Source: a virus | Direction: 5' to 3' (one strand) | DNA length: 42,317 nt | Virus record (IMG/VR): IMGVR_UViG_3300045597_000107 | Coordinates: 1-42,317 of that record | In this document: positions 14,706-23,741 of the stretch, piece after piece | Numbering within the stretch: the first letter of the stretch is position 1 | Layout: every line of letters starts with the position of its first letter | Position numbers and translations under genes: made by a program | The notes under the pieces: model-generated | Database searches by the model: none | Told to the model about the DNA's origin: nothing | Seen by the model: the letters and a program-made list of their open reading frames with translations, nothing else

Positions 14706-14884
14706 GGTCCGGCCCCGAGGTCGGACAGACCCTGAGGGACAAGATGCTCCGCTGGGAGTACGAGGCGGTGCGCCGGTGCTCGATAGGCGGCGCGTCACCT
14801 GAAGAGACCGCCGACCTAATGGGCGTGACCGTGCCGACGGTCCGCAGATACGTGAAGAGATACCGACAGGAGGAAGAGTCATGA
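14702..14884 (+). CDS. Small HTH DNA-binding protein (60 aa)
   Basis: ATG at 14702 overlaps the helicase stop. ...SPEETADLMGVTVPTVRRYVKRYRQ is a sigma-r4/resolvase-type HTH. Confidence 0.6.
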   Translation: MRSGPEVGQTLRDKMLRWEYEAVRRCSIGGASPEETADLMGVTVPTVRRYVKRYRQEEES

Positions 14885-15090
14885 CAGACGAGTGCCCGTA
14901 CTGCCACGGCGGGGAGGACACGGTGGAGATGCTGCTATGCGAGGCAGATGTCGGAGGGCCCGAGCTGTGGGTCTCCGGAGGGGAGCGGGAAATCAAGGTC
15001 TACGTGCCAGAGACCGACATCCTGTACGGGCGCAGCATCTACTACTGCCCGCGATGCGGCAGGAGACTCACGGAGGAGGAGCAGTCATGA
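14881..15090 (+). CDS. Zinc-ribbon protein (CxxC...CxxC)
   Basis: 69 aa with CPYCHGG...YYCPRCG. The start overlaps the upstream stop (ATGA). Confidence 0.6.
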   Translation: MTDECPYCHGGEDTVEMLLCEADVGGPELWVSGGEREIKVYVPETDILYGRSIYYCPRCGRRLTEEEQS

Positions 15091-15287
15091 AGCAGCGAGA
15101 CGCGCTCTGCCCGCTGGCGACATGCACCAGTGCTGACATATTTGTCAGATGCAACCCTCGCGCGTGCATGTGGGCCGTGGAGTACGGGAGCGGCATGGCC
15201 TGCGCGCTCGCCGTCATGGCGGCGGAGCAGGACCCGCAGCGCATAGGGGTCAAGACCATAGACGACGAGGAGGACTCGGATGCGTAG
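15087..15287 (+). CDS. Hypothetical Cys-rich protein (66 aa)
   Basis: ATG at 15087 overlaps the upstream tga. It is an internal start of track ORF 14892..15287. Confidence 0.5.
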   Translation: MKQRDALCPLATCTSADIFVRCNPRACMWAVEYGSGMACALAVMAAEQDPQRIGVKTIDDEEDSDA

Positions 15288-15477
15288 CGCGAAGAAGATG
15301 GCGGCCGACCTTTTCGACCTGTACGAATGGCTGGGGGATGAGCGCGACAGGCACCGGGCGAAGGCCGCGAACGAGGGTGACGCGGTGAACAAGATCGTCT
15401 CGCTCGTGTCCGCCGACATCATCGACGGCGTGATGCGCGAGATCAAACGCACGTTTCCCGAGGAGGTGGGCGCATGA
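15280..15477 (+). CDS. Hypothetical protein (65 aa)
   Basis: Track ORF, translationally coupled to its neighbours. Confidence 0.5.
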   Translation: MRSAKKMAADLFDLYEWLGDERDRHRAKAANEGDAVNKIVSLVSADIIDGVMREIKRTFPEEVGA

Positions 15478-15719
15478 GCGCGGCTGACGTGGTCAACATC
15501 CTCGCGGCGCTCGTGGCGCTCTGCGTGGTCCCGTGCTACGCGATCAGCGCCCTGGTGAGGTCGCAGAGGCGCTGCGAGGAGCTGACGTCAAGATGCGAGA
15601 CGCTCAACGCCGCCCTGCTATCGGTGGCGGTCGAGATCGGGCTTGACCAAGAAGCTCACGAGTACACGGTCAAGGACGTGGTCCTGAGGACAAGGGAGGC
15701 CATGAGATGGGCGCGATGA
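15474..15719 (+). CDS. Hypothetical protein with N-terminal TM segment (81 aa)
   Basis: VVNILAALVALCVVPCYAISALV is hydrophobic. The start overlaps the upstream stop. Confidence 0.5.
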   Translation: MSAADVVNILAALVALCVVPCYAISALVRSQRRCEELTSRCETLNAALLSVAVEIGLDQEAHEYTVKDVVLRTREAMRWAR

Positions 15720-16081
15720 CGTCAGACGAGCTGGCCGAGCTGTGCCGGGACAACCCCGGGCTGCCGGTGTACCTGTGCATAACGGACGACGAGGGCGAGA
15801 CGCTACAGTGCTCGATCACGGGGGCGCGCGTCAGCAGCTTCGTGGGACCCCACGACAAGAGGAGCGCCGTCCTTATCGAAGCGACGCTCGAGCACCATAA
15901 GGGGGCAGGTGCCTGCGTGCGCACGTGCCACTTCTTGTCGGTTCCGGGGTCCTTTCGCACCGACTACCGTTCCGTGGGCCTCGTCTGCGACAAGTGCGGC
16001 AAGATGTGCCCGCGCGGCTTCGCGGGTGATGAAGTCCCGCAGTACTGCCCGCATTGCGGCAGGAGGGTGGTGGAGCCATGA
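15707..16081 (+). CDS. Hypothetical protein with C-terminal zinc ribbon (124 aa)
   Basis: CDKCGKMC...YCPHCG at the C-terminus. Track ORF. Confidence 0.5.
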   Translation: MGAMTSDELAELCRDNPGLPVYLCITDDEGETLQCSITGARVSSFVGPHDKRSAVLIEATLEHHKGAGACVRTCHFLSVPGSFRTDYRSVGLVCDKCGKMCPRGFAGDEVPQYCPHCGRRVVEP

Positions 16082-16320
16082 GCGATGAGCTGAAATGCCT
16101 CATGAGAACCGCGTCCGGGACCTTGCCCATCATCCCCAGCCTGCGGGGGGCGGTGCTCGCCGCGATCGACGCGGCCTGCGCCGAGGACCTGGCCAACGCC
16201 AACCGCAAGATCTATGGGGATGACCAGCCCTTCTTCCCACCCGTCACGAGTTCGGAGCACTTCCGCGCCGAGCTCAACGATACGCTCGGCAAGCTTAAGG
16301 AGTGGAACGCACATGACTAA
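16078..16320 (+). CDS. Hypothetical protein (80 aa)
   Basis: ATG at 16078 overlaps the upstream tga. It is an internal start of track ORF 16054..16320. Confidence 0.5.
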   Translation: MSDELKCLMRTASGTLPIIPSLRGAVLAAIDAACAEDLANANRKIYGDDQPFFPPVTSSEHFRAELNDTLGKLKEWNAHD

Positions 16321-16615
16321 CGACGAGACCCTGGACAAGCTCAGGAGCTGCGTCGAAATCTATGAGGACGCCGCAAACAAATCTAGAGAGATCCAGGAGC
16401 AAATGGAAGGCATGCTCGAGGACCTGAATTTTAGGAAGAGCGGCAACGTCGAGTACCTGCTCAACCTCCTGTTCGGCATCTCCCGGGAGATGGCGGCGGC
16501 TGCGCGCGACGGGAGCGTCACGCGCGACGACGCGGCCAGGTGGGCAGCTGACATTGACAGGATCACCGATGAGCTGTGCGGAGATCCTGATTACATGAGG
16601 AGGATACGGCTATGA
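16313..16615 (+). CDS. Hypothetical protein (100 aa)
   Basis: ATG at 16313 (MTNDETLDKLRS...). It is an internal start of track ORF 16214..16615. Confidence 0.5.
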   Translation: MTNDETLDKLRSCVEIYEDAANKSREIQEQMEGMLEDLNFRKSGNVEYLLNLLFGISREMAAAARDGSVTRDDAARWAADIDRITDELCGDPDYMRRIRL

Positions 16616-17541
16616 GCGAGAGCGTCAAGGACGCGCTGCGGGAGCTGCGCGACGTGCGGGACAGGCTCGAGGGTGAGTACAACGACGACATGGAAAACAA
16701 CGAGCTCGCCGACGCGCTGGGGGCCGACACCAACACCGCAAGGAGCTACGCCGCAGACACGGCGCACCGCCTCATCGACATCCTCACCGACGCCGTCGAC
16801 GCGTGGCAGCGCGAGCGGGACGCGCACGCGGTACCGCGCACCCAAGGCCCCGTCGAGCGGGCGCTGCGCGAGGAGTGGGCGAAGGAGGGGCACGGGAAGC
16901 TGGGTGAGAGTTCGGCGGTCATCAGTTCGTGGGCGGCAGATCTCTTCTTCGACGATGCAGTCACGGAACATAACGGCAGCACTGCGTCTTTTACCGGCGA
17001 CCTCATCGGCTCTCTCCTCGACGAGCTGGGCGAGCCGCAGCTGCGCGCCGACTACAACGACCGGCTCGCCGCAAACTACTTCGCGCTTCGCTCGCGCATC
17101 TGTGCCACGCTCGGGATGGAGCCCATTCCGAGCAACGACGAGATTATCTCCGCCCTGCGCTCGCGACTGCTGCCCGAGGGCTGCTCGTGGCCCACGTACG
17201 AGGGAGGCACGCGGGTCGAGTTCAAAGACGTGGTTGAGAGGCTTGGTGGGAGAAACCCAGAGATGGTCGGTCGAGTGGCCTTCTCGGCGGGAGTCTGGTC
17301 GCTGCTGAACGAGATGGGCGAGACCATCTCCCAGGGAGATGACACGATGCACCCCGCCCGCCACCAGGAGCCCGACAGCATCGAGCTGATACGCGTCGAC
17401 GCGACGTGCGACCCCGAGTGCTACTGCCACGACCACGGCATGGGTGAGCCGCGCGACGAGGGTGACTGGCGCTACTACGTCAGGTGCATGGCGCTGGACC
17501 TCGTCCGTCGCACGCAGGCCCTGGCGGGTGATGCCGAGTGA
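16612..17541 (+). CDS. Hypothetical protein (309 aa)
   Basis: Long ORF in the coding-looking frame, coupled to its neighbours. I recognise no motif. Confidence 0.6.
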   Translation: MSESVKDALRELRDVRDRLEGEYNDDMENNELADALGADTNTARSYAADTAHRLIDILTDAVDAWQRERDAHAVPRTQGPVERALREEWAKEGHGKLGESSAVISSWAADLFFDDAVTEHNGSTASFTGDLIGSLLDELGEPQLRADYNDRLAANYFALRSRICATLGMEPIPSNDEIISALRSRLLPEGCSWPTYEGGTRVEFKDVVERLGGRNPEMVGRVAFSAGVWSLLNEMGETISQGDDTMHPARHQEPDSIELIRVDATCDPECYCHDHGMGEPRDEGDWRYYVRCMALDLVRRTQALAGDAE

Positions 17542-17639
17542 TGGTCGTGTATCTCGTCGCCGCGCTGCTCGTGGTTGAGGTGGCGGCCCTCGTGGCCCTG
17601 CTCATGGCGGTGGCGTGGCTCATCGGGCAGGGGAGGTAG
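17541..17639 (+). CDS. Tiny hydrophobic peptide (32 aa), below the track cutoff
   Basis: The ATG shares its A with the upstream tga. Translates to MVVYLVAALLVVEVAALVALLMAVAWLIGQGR. Support is positional only. Confidence 0.35.
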   Translation: MVVYLVAALLVVEVAALVALLMAVAWLIGQGR

Positions 17640-17641
17640 CG

Positions 17642-17893
17642 ATGAGCGAGAAGGACCACGAGGCTGACCTGCGCCAGTCCATCAGGAAGATATTCGCCGA
17701 CCACACGAAGACCGAGGACGGCGAGCTGCTCATAAACGCCAAGGGGACGTTCCTGATAAAGGTCACGACCGCCCTCTTCACGCAGGCGCTCGGGGCGGCC
17801 CGCGTGACCGAGATCCTGTACGAGGAGTCGAGGAAGCTCTCGGGAATCGACTTCGGACACGTGGGAGAAGGAGAGACAGAGACCGATGAGTGA
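17642..17893 (+). CDS. Hypothetical protein (83 aa)
   Basis: ATG at 17642 after gggagg. It is an internal start of track ORF 17615..17893. Confidence 0.5.
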   Translation: MSEKDHEADLRQSIRKIFADHTKTEDGELLINAKGTFLIKVTTALFTQALGAARVTEILYEESRKLSGIDFGHVGEGETETDE

Positions 17894-18083
17894 CGAGATG
17901 GAATTCGACTCGGAAAAGTACCGGAAGTACAAGGAGATGTACGAGCTCGAGGAGAGGGCCGAGAGAGACAAGGTGAGAAAGGCCCTTGACGAGTTCCAGG
18001 GGCGCGTGAGGGACTACGTCGAGAAGTTCGGCGAGGACAAGGCGGCTCAGATGATGAGCCGGATGAGAAGAGAGATCTCGTGA
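17886..18083 (+). CDS. Hypothetical charged coiled-coil protein (65 aa)
   Basis: Track ORF, Glu/Lys/Arg-rich. Confidence 0.5.
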   Translation: MSDEMEFDSEKYRKYKEMYELEERAERDKVRKALDEFQGRVRDYVEKFGEDKAAQMMSRMRREIS

Positions 18084-20236
18084 CGCCATCGAGCCACGCG
18101 GACCTCGAGCAGGCTCTTGACTACGTCGACCCGGCCCGCTGCTCCTACGAGGAGTGGGTCGAGGTCGGCATGGCCCTGCACGACAGCGGCCTTCCCATGG
18201 AGGCCTGGGACGCGTGGAGCAGGGGTGACTCGGGCCGCTACCACGAGGGCGAGTGCGCCCGGAAGTGGAGGGGGTTCGGCAACAACTCGGGAGACGCCGT
18301 GCGAAGCGGCACGCTCGCCCGCATGGCCATGGAGCGCGGGTGGTCCGCGTCAGGATCCGACGAGGCGCTCGACTGGGACTCCCCAATCTTCATCTCCGAC
18401 GCCGCGTGGGCCGACGAGGAGGTGCCCGAGGGCACGGGGCAGACGCCGACGCAGATGCTGTCGGACTACATCGCGGCGCTGTTCGACGACGCCGACCACG
18501 TCTGCTACGTCTGCCAGAGCTGGGAGACTCCTGACGGCCGCAAGGTGCCCACCAAGGGACACTCCGACCGCACGGCGGGCGAGCTCCGGCAGGAGCTGGC
18601 AAAGACGTCAGACCTGGGCGCGGTCCTGGGGGACTACGACCCCGCCGTGGGCGCGTGGATCCGCTTCAACCCCCTCGACGGCAAGGGCGTGGGCAACGCC
18701 AACGTGACCGAGTACCGCTACGCGCTGGTCGAGTCGGACACGCTGCCCTACGAGAGGCAGCTCGGGACCATCCGCGCGATGAACCTGCCGTGCGCCGCCG
18801 TGGTCACGTCCGGCGGCAAGTCCGTCCACGCCGTCGTGCGCGTCGACGCGGGCACCGACTTCGACCTGTACCGCAGGCGCGTCGACGAGCTGTACGCCTA
18901 CTGCCGCAAGTCGGGCTTCGAGCCCGACACGCAGAACAAGAACCCGTCCAGGCTGTCGAGGCTGCCCGGCGCCACCAGGGGCGGCAGGCTCCAGGAGCTC
19001 GTGAGCACGTCGAGCGGCCCCGCGTCGTGGTCCGAGTGGGAGGAGTGGCGAGACGCCGAGCAGGACGACCTGCCGGAGATAGAGACCTTCGCCTCGACGC
19101 TGGACGACATGCCCGACCTCGCCCCGGTGCTCATCGGCACCGAGGAGCACGGCATCCTGCGCCAGGGCCACAAGGGCATGCTCGTGGGGCCGTCCAAGGC
19201 TGGGAAGTCCTTCCTGCTCGTGGAGCTGGGCTGCGCCATCGCCAACGGCACGCCGTGGCTGGGCTACGAGTGCCGCCGGGGGCGCGTGCTGTACGTCAAC
19301 CTCGAGATAGACTCCGCGAGCTTCGCACACCGCCTGGCCGACATCGCCGAGCGCAAGGCCTACGGCCGCGAGTGGGCCGAGCGCTTCGACGTCTTCAACC
19401 TGCGCGGGCACGCGGCGCCCCTTGACAGGCTCGCGCCCAAGATAATCAGGCGCTGCCTCAAGGCGGGCGGGGGCCAGTCCGGCCACTACTCGATGATCAT
19501 CATCGACCCGCTCTACAAGATCATCACCGGAGACGAGAACTCGGCGTCCGACATGGCGGAGTTCACCAGCCTGTTCGACCGCATCGCCCACGAGACGGGC
19601 GCGTCGACCATGGCCTGCCACCACCACAGCAAGGGGACGCAGGGCCAGAAGAGGTCCATGGACCGCGCGAGCGGCTCGGGGGTCTTCGCCCGCGACCCGG
19701 ACGCCCTCCTGGACGTGTCGCCGCTGGAGATACCCGAGAAGCGCAGGCACGAGCTCGACGGCGCCACAGCCTGGCGCATGGAGGCCACTCTGCGCGAGTT
19801 CAAGAGTCCCGACCCGCTGGACCTGCTCTTCGTGTACCCGACGCACGTCCTTGCTGGCTCCGAGGCCGCGCGCTGGCAGGTGGAGGGCGAGGACCCGTTC
19901 GCCAAGGGGAGAGAGGCGAAGAAGGAGAAGGACAGGCAGCGTCGGCAGGAGTACAGGGGGCTGCTGGAGGACGCCATAGACCGCTGCGTCGACGAGGGGA
20001 TAGAGAAGGTGTACCTCGCCGACCTCATGGACCACATGGGAGCGATGGAGGAGACAGGAGCGAAGCCCAACAAGAGGACTGTCCAAAGCTGGGCGAGTAG
20101 CGAGTGGAGCCCCATCGGGTGCAAGAAGGAGATCGGGAAGCGCATCAGCAAGAAGACCGGGGAGGTCGAGGAGTATGACACGAAGCACAACATCTTTTTC
20201 AAGATTGATGGAGACGAGGCGCTCGACTGGGATTAG
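18080..20236 (+). CDS. Replication primase/helicase (PriCT-2-like N-terminus, primase-like core, RepA/DnaB-like AAA_25 ATPase)
   Basis: N-terminus: YEEWVEVGMALHDSGLPMEAWDAWSRGDSGRY...KWRGF. Core: SGGKSVHAVVRV...NPSRLSRLPG. Walker A: GPSKAGKSFLLVELG. Walker B: MIIIDPLYK. Confidence 0.8.
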   Translation: MTPSSHADLEQALDYVDPARCSYEEWVEVGMALHDSGLPMEAWDAWSRGDSGRYHEGECARKWRGFGNNSGDAVRSGTLARMAMERGWSASGSDEALDWDSPIFISDAAWADEEVPEGTGQTPTQMLSDYIAALFDDADHVCYVCQSWETPDGRKVPTKGHSDRTAGELRQELAKTSDLGAVLGDYDPAVGAWIRFNPLDGKGVGNANVTEYRYALVESDTLPYERQLGTIRAMNLPCAAVVTSGGKSVHAVVRVDAGTDFDLYRRRVDELYAYCRKSGFEPDTQNKNPSRLSRLPGATRGGRLQELVSTSSGPASWSEWEEWRDAEQDDLPEIETFASTLDDMPDLAPVLIGTEEHGILRQGHKGMLVGPSKAGKSFLLVELGCAIANGTPWLGYECRRGRVLYVNLEIDSASFAHRLADIAERKAYGREWAERFDVFNLRGHAAPLDRLAPKIIRRCLKAGGGQSGHYSMIIIDPLYKIITGDENSASDMAEFTSLFDRIAHETGASTMACHHHSKGTQGQKRSMDRASGSGVFARDPDALLDVSPLEIPEKRRHELDGATAWRMEATLREFKSPDPLDLLFVYPTHVLAGSEAARWQVEGEDPFAKGREAKKEKDRQRRQEYRGLLEDAIDRCVDEGIEKVYLADLMDHMGAMEETGAKPNKRTVQSWASSEWSPIGCKKEIGKRISKKTGEVEEYDTKHNIFFKIDGDEALDWD

Positions 20237-20442
20237 CGGATGTATGCATCACTGCTGTCATGCACACATCACATGTGGATGTCCGCACCGACTTATATAT
20301 GTATATGCATACATACATCACCGGGGGGTGACGTTCCGGCCGCATTGCGTGCCAAAAGCGCGCACGCAAAGCTTGTGCGTGACCGCCACCGGACATCACC
20401 GCCCGGGGTGCTATGTAGAAACGCGCGAGGGGGTGTCTCGTC
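20237..20442. promoter_or_regulatory. Structured lower-GC intergenic region (candidate origin or middle/late promoter region)
   Basis: Alternating AT tract ttatatatgtatatgcatacatacat. Direct repeats acatcaccg..ggggtg at 20315-20332 and 20393-20410. Dyads gcgtgc/gcacgc and cacgca-aagctt-g-tgcgtg. Confidence 0.3.
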
Positions 20443-20868
20443 GTGGGTAATCAGATCAGGGGCTTCCTGCCGATGGTGCCGCCGACCACGACGCACAACG
20501 AGCTCGTCGCGGCGATGAGAAACGGCAAGCCCTACATCCACAAGAGCGACCGCCTCAGGCAGGCCGAGGACAGGATCATGTCGGCGGCGGCGCGCCTGAG
20601 GCCCTCTAAGCCTCTCGACGGGCCGTTGCGCCTAACGGTTAGGTGGTGCTTCCCCGAGGGCGGCAGGGGCGCTCACAGGGCAGGGGAGCCGCATGTGTCG
20701 AAGCCTGACATGTCGAACATGCTCAAGACCCTCGAGGACTGCCTCGTCCGCGTGGGGGTCATGAGTGATGACTCGCTCATATGCGAGGAGAGGCTCTCAA
20801 AGGGCTACGCGGAGGTGCCCGGAATCTTCGTGATAGTGGAGCAGCTGGGCGGGGGAGGGACGAAATAG
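20443..20868 (+). CDS. rusA: RusA-family Holliday-junction resolvase
   Basis: KPDMSNMLKTLEDCLVRVGVMSDDSLI matches the RusA D-x-D/N...K...D...DD signature. The start is uncertain: GTG at 20443 or ATG at 20473. Confidence 0.7.
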   Translation: MGNQIRGFLPMVPPTTTHNELVAAMRNGKPYIHKSDRLRQAEDRIMSAAARLRPSKPLDGPLRLTVRWCFPEGGRGAHRAGEPHVSKPDMSNMLKTLEDCLVRVGVMSDDSLICEERLSKGYAEVPGIFVIVEQLGGGGTK

Positions 20869-20912
20869 GGTGTCGACGGCAGGGAAGTTGTTCGTTTCGT
20901 GGAGGTCAGCCG

Positions 20913-21269
20913 ATGAAACCCATATGTTTCGCGGACGCCGCGCGACCGTGGACCACCGAGGAGGAGAGATACCTCGCCCGCCACAGGACCGACGGGGCGG
21001 ACCTGCTCGCCCACGTCCTGGGACGCAGCGTCCGGGCGGTGCGCGTCAAGGCGTCGAGGCTGGGGGTGTCGCTCGCGGCCAGGCCCGGCGAGGTCTGCCC
21101 CATGTGCGGCTGCTACGAGATCCGCGAGCACACCGAGGCGGCCAGGCACGGGCTGTGCCCGGTGTGCTGGGAGAGGAGGAAGGCGAAGGCCATGGAGGAG
21201 AGGCGCGCGACGCGCGCGGCCCAGCAGGGCTACGAGCGGGCCAAGAAGCGGGCGCAGTCCCGTGGCTAG
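20913..21269 (+). CDS. Putative DNA-binding protein (Myb/SANT-like helix plus zinc ribbon)
   Basis: ATG at 20913 after ggagg. Contains WTTEEERYLARH...VRAVRVKASRLGV and CPMCGC...CPVCW. Confidence 0.5.
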   Translation: MKPICFADAARPWTTEEERYLARHRTDGADLLAHVLGRSVRAVRVKASRLGVSLAARPGEVCPMCGCYEIREHTEAARHGLCPVCWERRKAKAMEERRATRAAQQGYERAKKRAQSRG

Positions 21270-21663
21270 GCTGTGCCCCAGCTGCGGGGCGCCCGTGAGG
21301 GGCTCGGTGTGCCCGAGGTGCGGCGCCGGGAGGTCCGGCTACGTGAGGAGCAAGAAGCAGGAGCGCGACAGGGCCTCCGAGACGTCGTCTCGCGCGCGCT
21401 ACTCGACGGCGGGCTACCGCAGGGCCTGCCAGGTCGCGCTGGGGCGCACGGGCGGGCTCTGCGCCGTCTGCGGGGCTCGTGTCGCCGACCTGGTGGGCGG
21501 CAGCAGGTGGGTGTTTCGACGGGGCGCGGGCGGGTGCCACCACATAAGGCCGATGCGAAGCGGCGGGACCGACTCGCCAGACAACCTCGCGCCCTTGTGC
21601 GTGAGGTGCCACAACCGCGTCGACGGAGAGCTGAGGAGAAGGGACCGTGAGAATGGCGGATGA
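21262..21663 (+). CDS. HNH endonuclease
   Basis: CHHIRPMRSGGTDSPDNLAPLCVRCHNRV plus N-terminal CxxC pairs. GTG start per the track. Confidence 0.85.
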   Translation: MARLCPSCGAPVRGSVCPRCGAGRSGYVRSKKQERDRASETSSRARYSTAGYRRACQVALGRTGGLCAVCGARVADLVGGSRWVFRRGAGGCHHIRPMRSGGTDSPDNLAPLCVRCHNRVDGELRRRDRENGG

Positions 21664-21886
21664 CGAAAAGGGCACGTCGACGAGGGGGGCTCTGAAGCCC
21701 CTCGTGGCGGCAATGGCGGTTATGGCGGTGGCGTGCGCTGCGCTGTCGTCGGTGGCGGTGGGCATCGCCCGGGGAGCCGTCGCCGGGCTCGCGCTCGCCT
21801 GCGCGTGGTGCGTGGCCTCGACGGCGTGCTGCGCCGTGGTGCTCGGGCAGTGGCTGCGGGTGCTGCGCGACAGGCGCGGCCGGTAG
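21653..21886 (+). CDS. Small membrane protein
   Basis: ATG at 21653 with two hydrophobic segments (LVAAMAVMAVACAALSSVAV; VAGLALACAWCVASTACCAVVL). Confidence 0.45.
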   Translation: MADDEKGTSTRGALKPLVAAMAVMAVACAALSSVAVGIARGAVAGLALACAWCVASTACCAVVLGQWLRVLRDRRGR

Positions 21887-21918
21887 GACTCGCCCGACCA
21901 AGGGGAGACGCACGAGAA

Positions 21919-21952
21919 AAGGCCCCCGCCAGGTCTGCCCGGCGAGGGCCTT
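21919..21952. terminator. Hairpin terminator between convergent transcription units
   Basis: aaggcccccgcc-aggtctgccc-ggcgagggcctt forms a 12-bp stem with 1 mismatch. The flanking gagaaaa gives a U-run for the minus-strand transcript. Confidence 0.55.
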
Positions 21953-21960
21953 AGTTCTGT

Positions 21961-22326
21961 CTAGCGTCTGGATCCTTTCGCCCTGGGCGGGGCGGGCTCG
22001 ACGTAGGGGCCTACCGTGCCCATCACGTCGGCGCCCAGCCAGGCCAGCGCCCACATGGTGGAGCTGCCCGGCTCGACGTGGTCGGGCGCGCTGTCCTGCG
22101 GCCTGTGGAGCCTAAGGCGGGCTAAGTCGGAGTCGCACACGCGGACGGTCCTTCGGTAGCTCACGTGGCGGGCCTCGTCGACGTCGAGCACGCGGGCCGA
22201 GTGGACGCGCCCGCCCGCCAGGTAGACCGCCAGGATCGCGCCCTCGTAGCCAGGGTATGGCAGGTCGTAGATCTCGACCGGCCACCCGTAGGCGGCGAAG
22301 CGGTGGGGCTGGGATACGCTGAGCAT
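21961..22326 (-). CDS. Hypothetical protein (121 aa), reverse-strand island
   Basis: ATG at 22326 (MLSVSQPHRFAAYGWPVEIYDL...) preceded by gggagg. The track ORF 21961..22449 over-extends. Confidence 0.55.
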   Translation of the reverse strand: MLSVSQPHRFAAYGWPVEIYDLPYPGYEGAILAVYLAGGRVHSARVLDVDEARHVSYRRTVRVCDSDLARLRLHRPQDSAPDHVEPGSSTMWALAWLGADVMGTVGPYVEPAPPRAKGSRR

Positions 22327-22423
22327 GGCTAGGACCTCCCGCTGATGTTGCCATAGGTGTAGGTCTCCATGATGGGTCCTCTCGTGTGGGCCGGCCCCGC
22401 AGGGCCGGCGCTGGTTGTGTGTA

Positions 22424-22882
22424 CTACGCGACGTCCAGCAGCTCGTCAACGTAGTCGGTAGTCTCGGTGCCGTCCAGGAGCTGCGCCCCGGCCATGTCGT
22501 AGCCGTCGGCCCCCAGGGCCTCGACCACGCGGCCGGCTTGCACGTGGAGACGCACGACCGGGACGCGGCCCTGCTCGGCGGTCTGGGCGGCGAAGCGGTC
22601 GAAGAGCCACTCGTCGGCGATGGGCTCCAGGGCGTGGACGTGACCCGACCTAGTGCCGTCGGCGTCGACCTCGACGGGGGCGTTTACGTGGCGGTACCAG
22701 ATGCCGCCGTAGACGTAGACGTTGTGCGGCTTGCGGCGCCTGACGCCGTAGTACCAGCGCGTCGTGAGGGCGGGCACGTCCTCGGTCAGGATCGCGTGGG
22801 ACGCTCCCGCCTTGTCGGTCTCGTAGCCGGTCAGGATGGGGATACGCCTGTGGCGGCGGTAGTAGCGGGCTGGTCTGCACAT
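22424..22882 (-). CDS. Hypothetical protein (152 aa), reverse-strand island
   Basis: ATG at 22882 (MCRPARYYRRHRRIPILTGYE...) preceded by gaggagg. The track ORF 22424..23071 over-extends. Confidence 0.55.
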   Translation of the reverse strand: MCRPARYYRRHRRIPILTGYETDKAGASHAILTEDVPALTTRWYYGVRRRKPHNVYVYGGIWYRHVNAPVEVDADGTRSGHVHALEPIADEWLFDRFAAQTAEQGRVPVVRLHVQAGRVVEALGADGYDMAGAQLLDGTETTDYVDELLDVA

Positions 22883-22884
22883 GG

Positions 22885-23163
22885 CTAGGCCTCCTCGAAG
22901 CGCTTGTGATCGGCGAGCGCCTGCCGCGCGTCCTCTATGAGCTGAGCGCGCGTGACCTTGCCGCAGTAGCGACCTACCAGCACGTGCGGCGTATACCATG
23001 CGTCGGCGGGTGTGTAGTCCCGCCCTATCTGCTCCACGCCCACTAGTCGCATTGCGTCGACGTCTAGCCATACCTCCTGCGTTAGGTCGCCTGGGTATCT
23101 GCCGATGGCGCTGGACTTGATGGACGCGATAAGGCCGCGCTCAATGGTGATGTGCTCTCTCAT
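22885..23163 (-). CDS. Hypothetical protein (92 aa), reverse-strand island
   Basis: Track ORF with the RBS aggagg upstream (complement of 23170-23175). Confidence 0.55.
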   Translation of the reverse strand: MREHITIERGLIASIKSSAIGRYPGDLTQEVWLDVDAMRLVGVEQIGRDYTPADAWYTPHVLVGRYCGKVTRAQLIEDARQALADHKRFEEA

Positions 23164-23249
23164 GGTGTAACCTCCTGTTGTCTTGCTGCTGTCGTGGTGG
23201 GACTGATGCGGCCGCCCGGGTGGGTCCAGGCGGCCGCGCTGCCTGTCGA

Positions 23250-23654
23250 TTACCTGTAGCGCTCCACAAAATGGACGGCCTGGAATACGACCCTGTAGGC
23301 CTGCTTGAGCGCCCGCGCCTGCATGTCTATTAGGTTTTCTCCGCCAAATGCCATTTCCGCATCGTGACCCGGGGCGTTATAGCGCTTGAGCTCGGAGGGC
23401 GTCATGTAGCGCTCTGCTATGTCGCCGTTGTAGACGAGCGCGCTACCGCCCCAGCTGTACTGATACCAGTCGCGGGCGTTGTTGAGCAGCTGCTCTTGTA
23501 GCTCCTCGGCGTGGCATCTCAGCGTGTCGTGGCCCTCGATGAGATCTAGGGCCTGCGCCTTGACGCCCCTCTCCCGCGCGCTGCGGCAGCCCCGCGTCCT
23601 TATCCTGTCGCGTACGTCCTGCGCTGATACGCGCCGCTCGGTGAGATTCTTCAT
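23250..23654 (-). CDS. Hypothetical protein (134 aa), reverse-strand island
   Basis: Track ORF: MKNLTERRVSAQDVRDRIRT...YSWGGSALVYNGDIAERYMTPSELK. I recognise no family with confidence. Confidence 0.55.
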   Translation of the reverse strand: MKNLTERRVSAQDVRDRIRTRGCRSARERGVKAQALDLIEGHDTLRCHAEELQEQLLNNARDWYQYSWGGSALVYNGDIAERYMTPSELKRYNAPGHDAEMAFGGENLIDMQARALKQAYRVVFQAVHFVERYR

Positions 23655-23741
23655 GGTGTCCTCTTCCTCTGGTATGATGTCGGTGTTACGTGGCGCGCGT
23701 CCGGGTATTGATGTCTAGTCGACCCGGGCGCGCGCCTCGCC

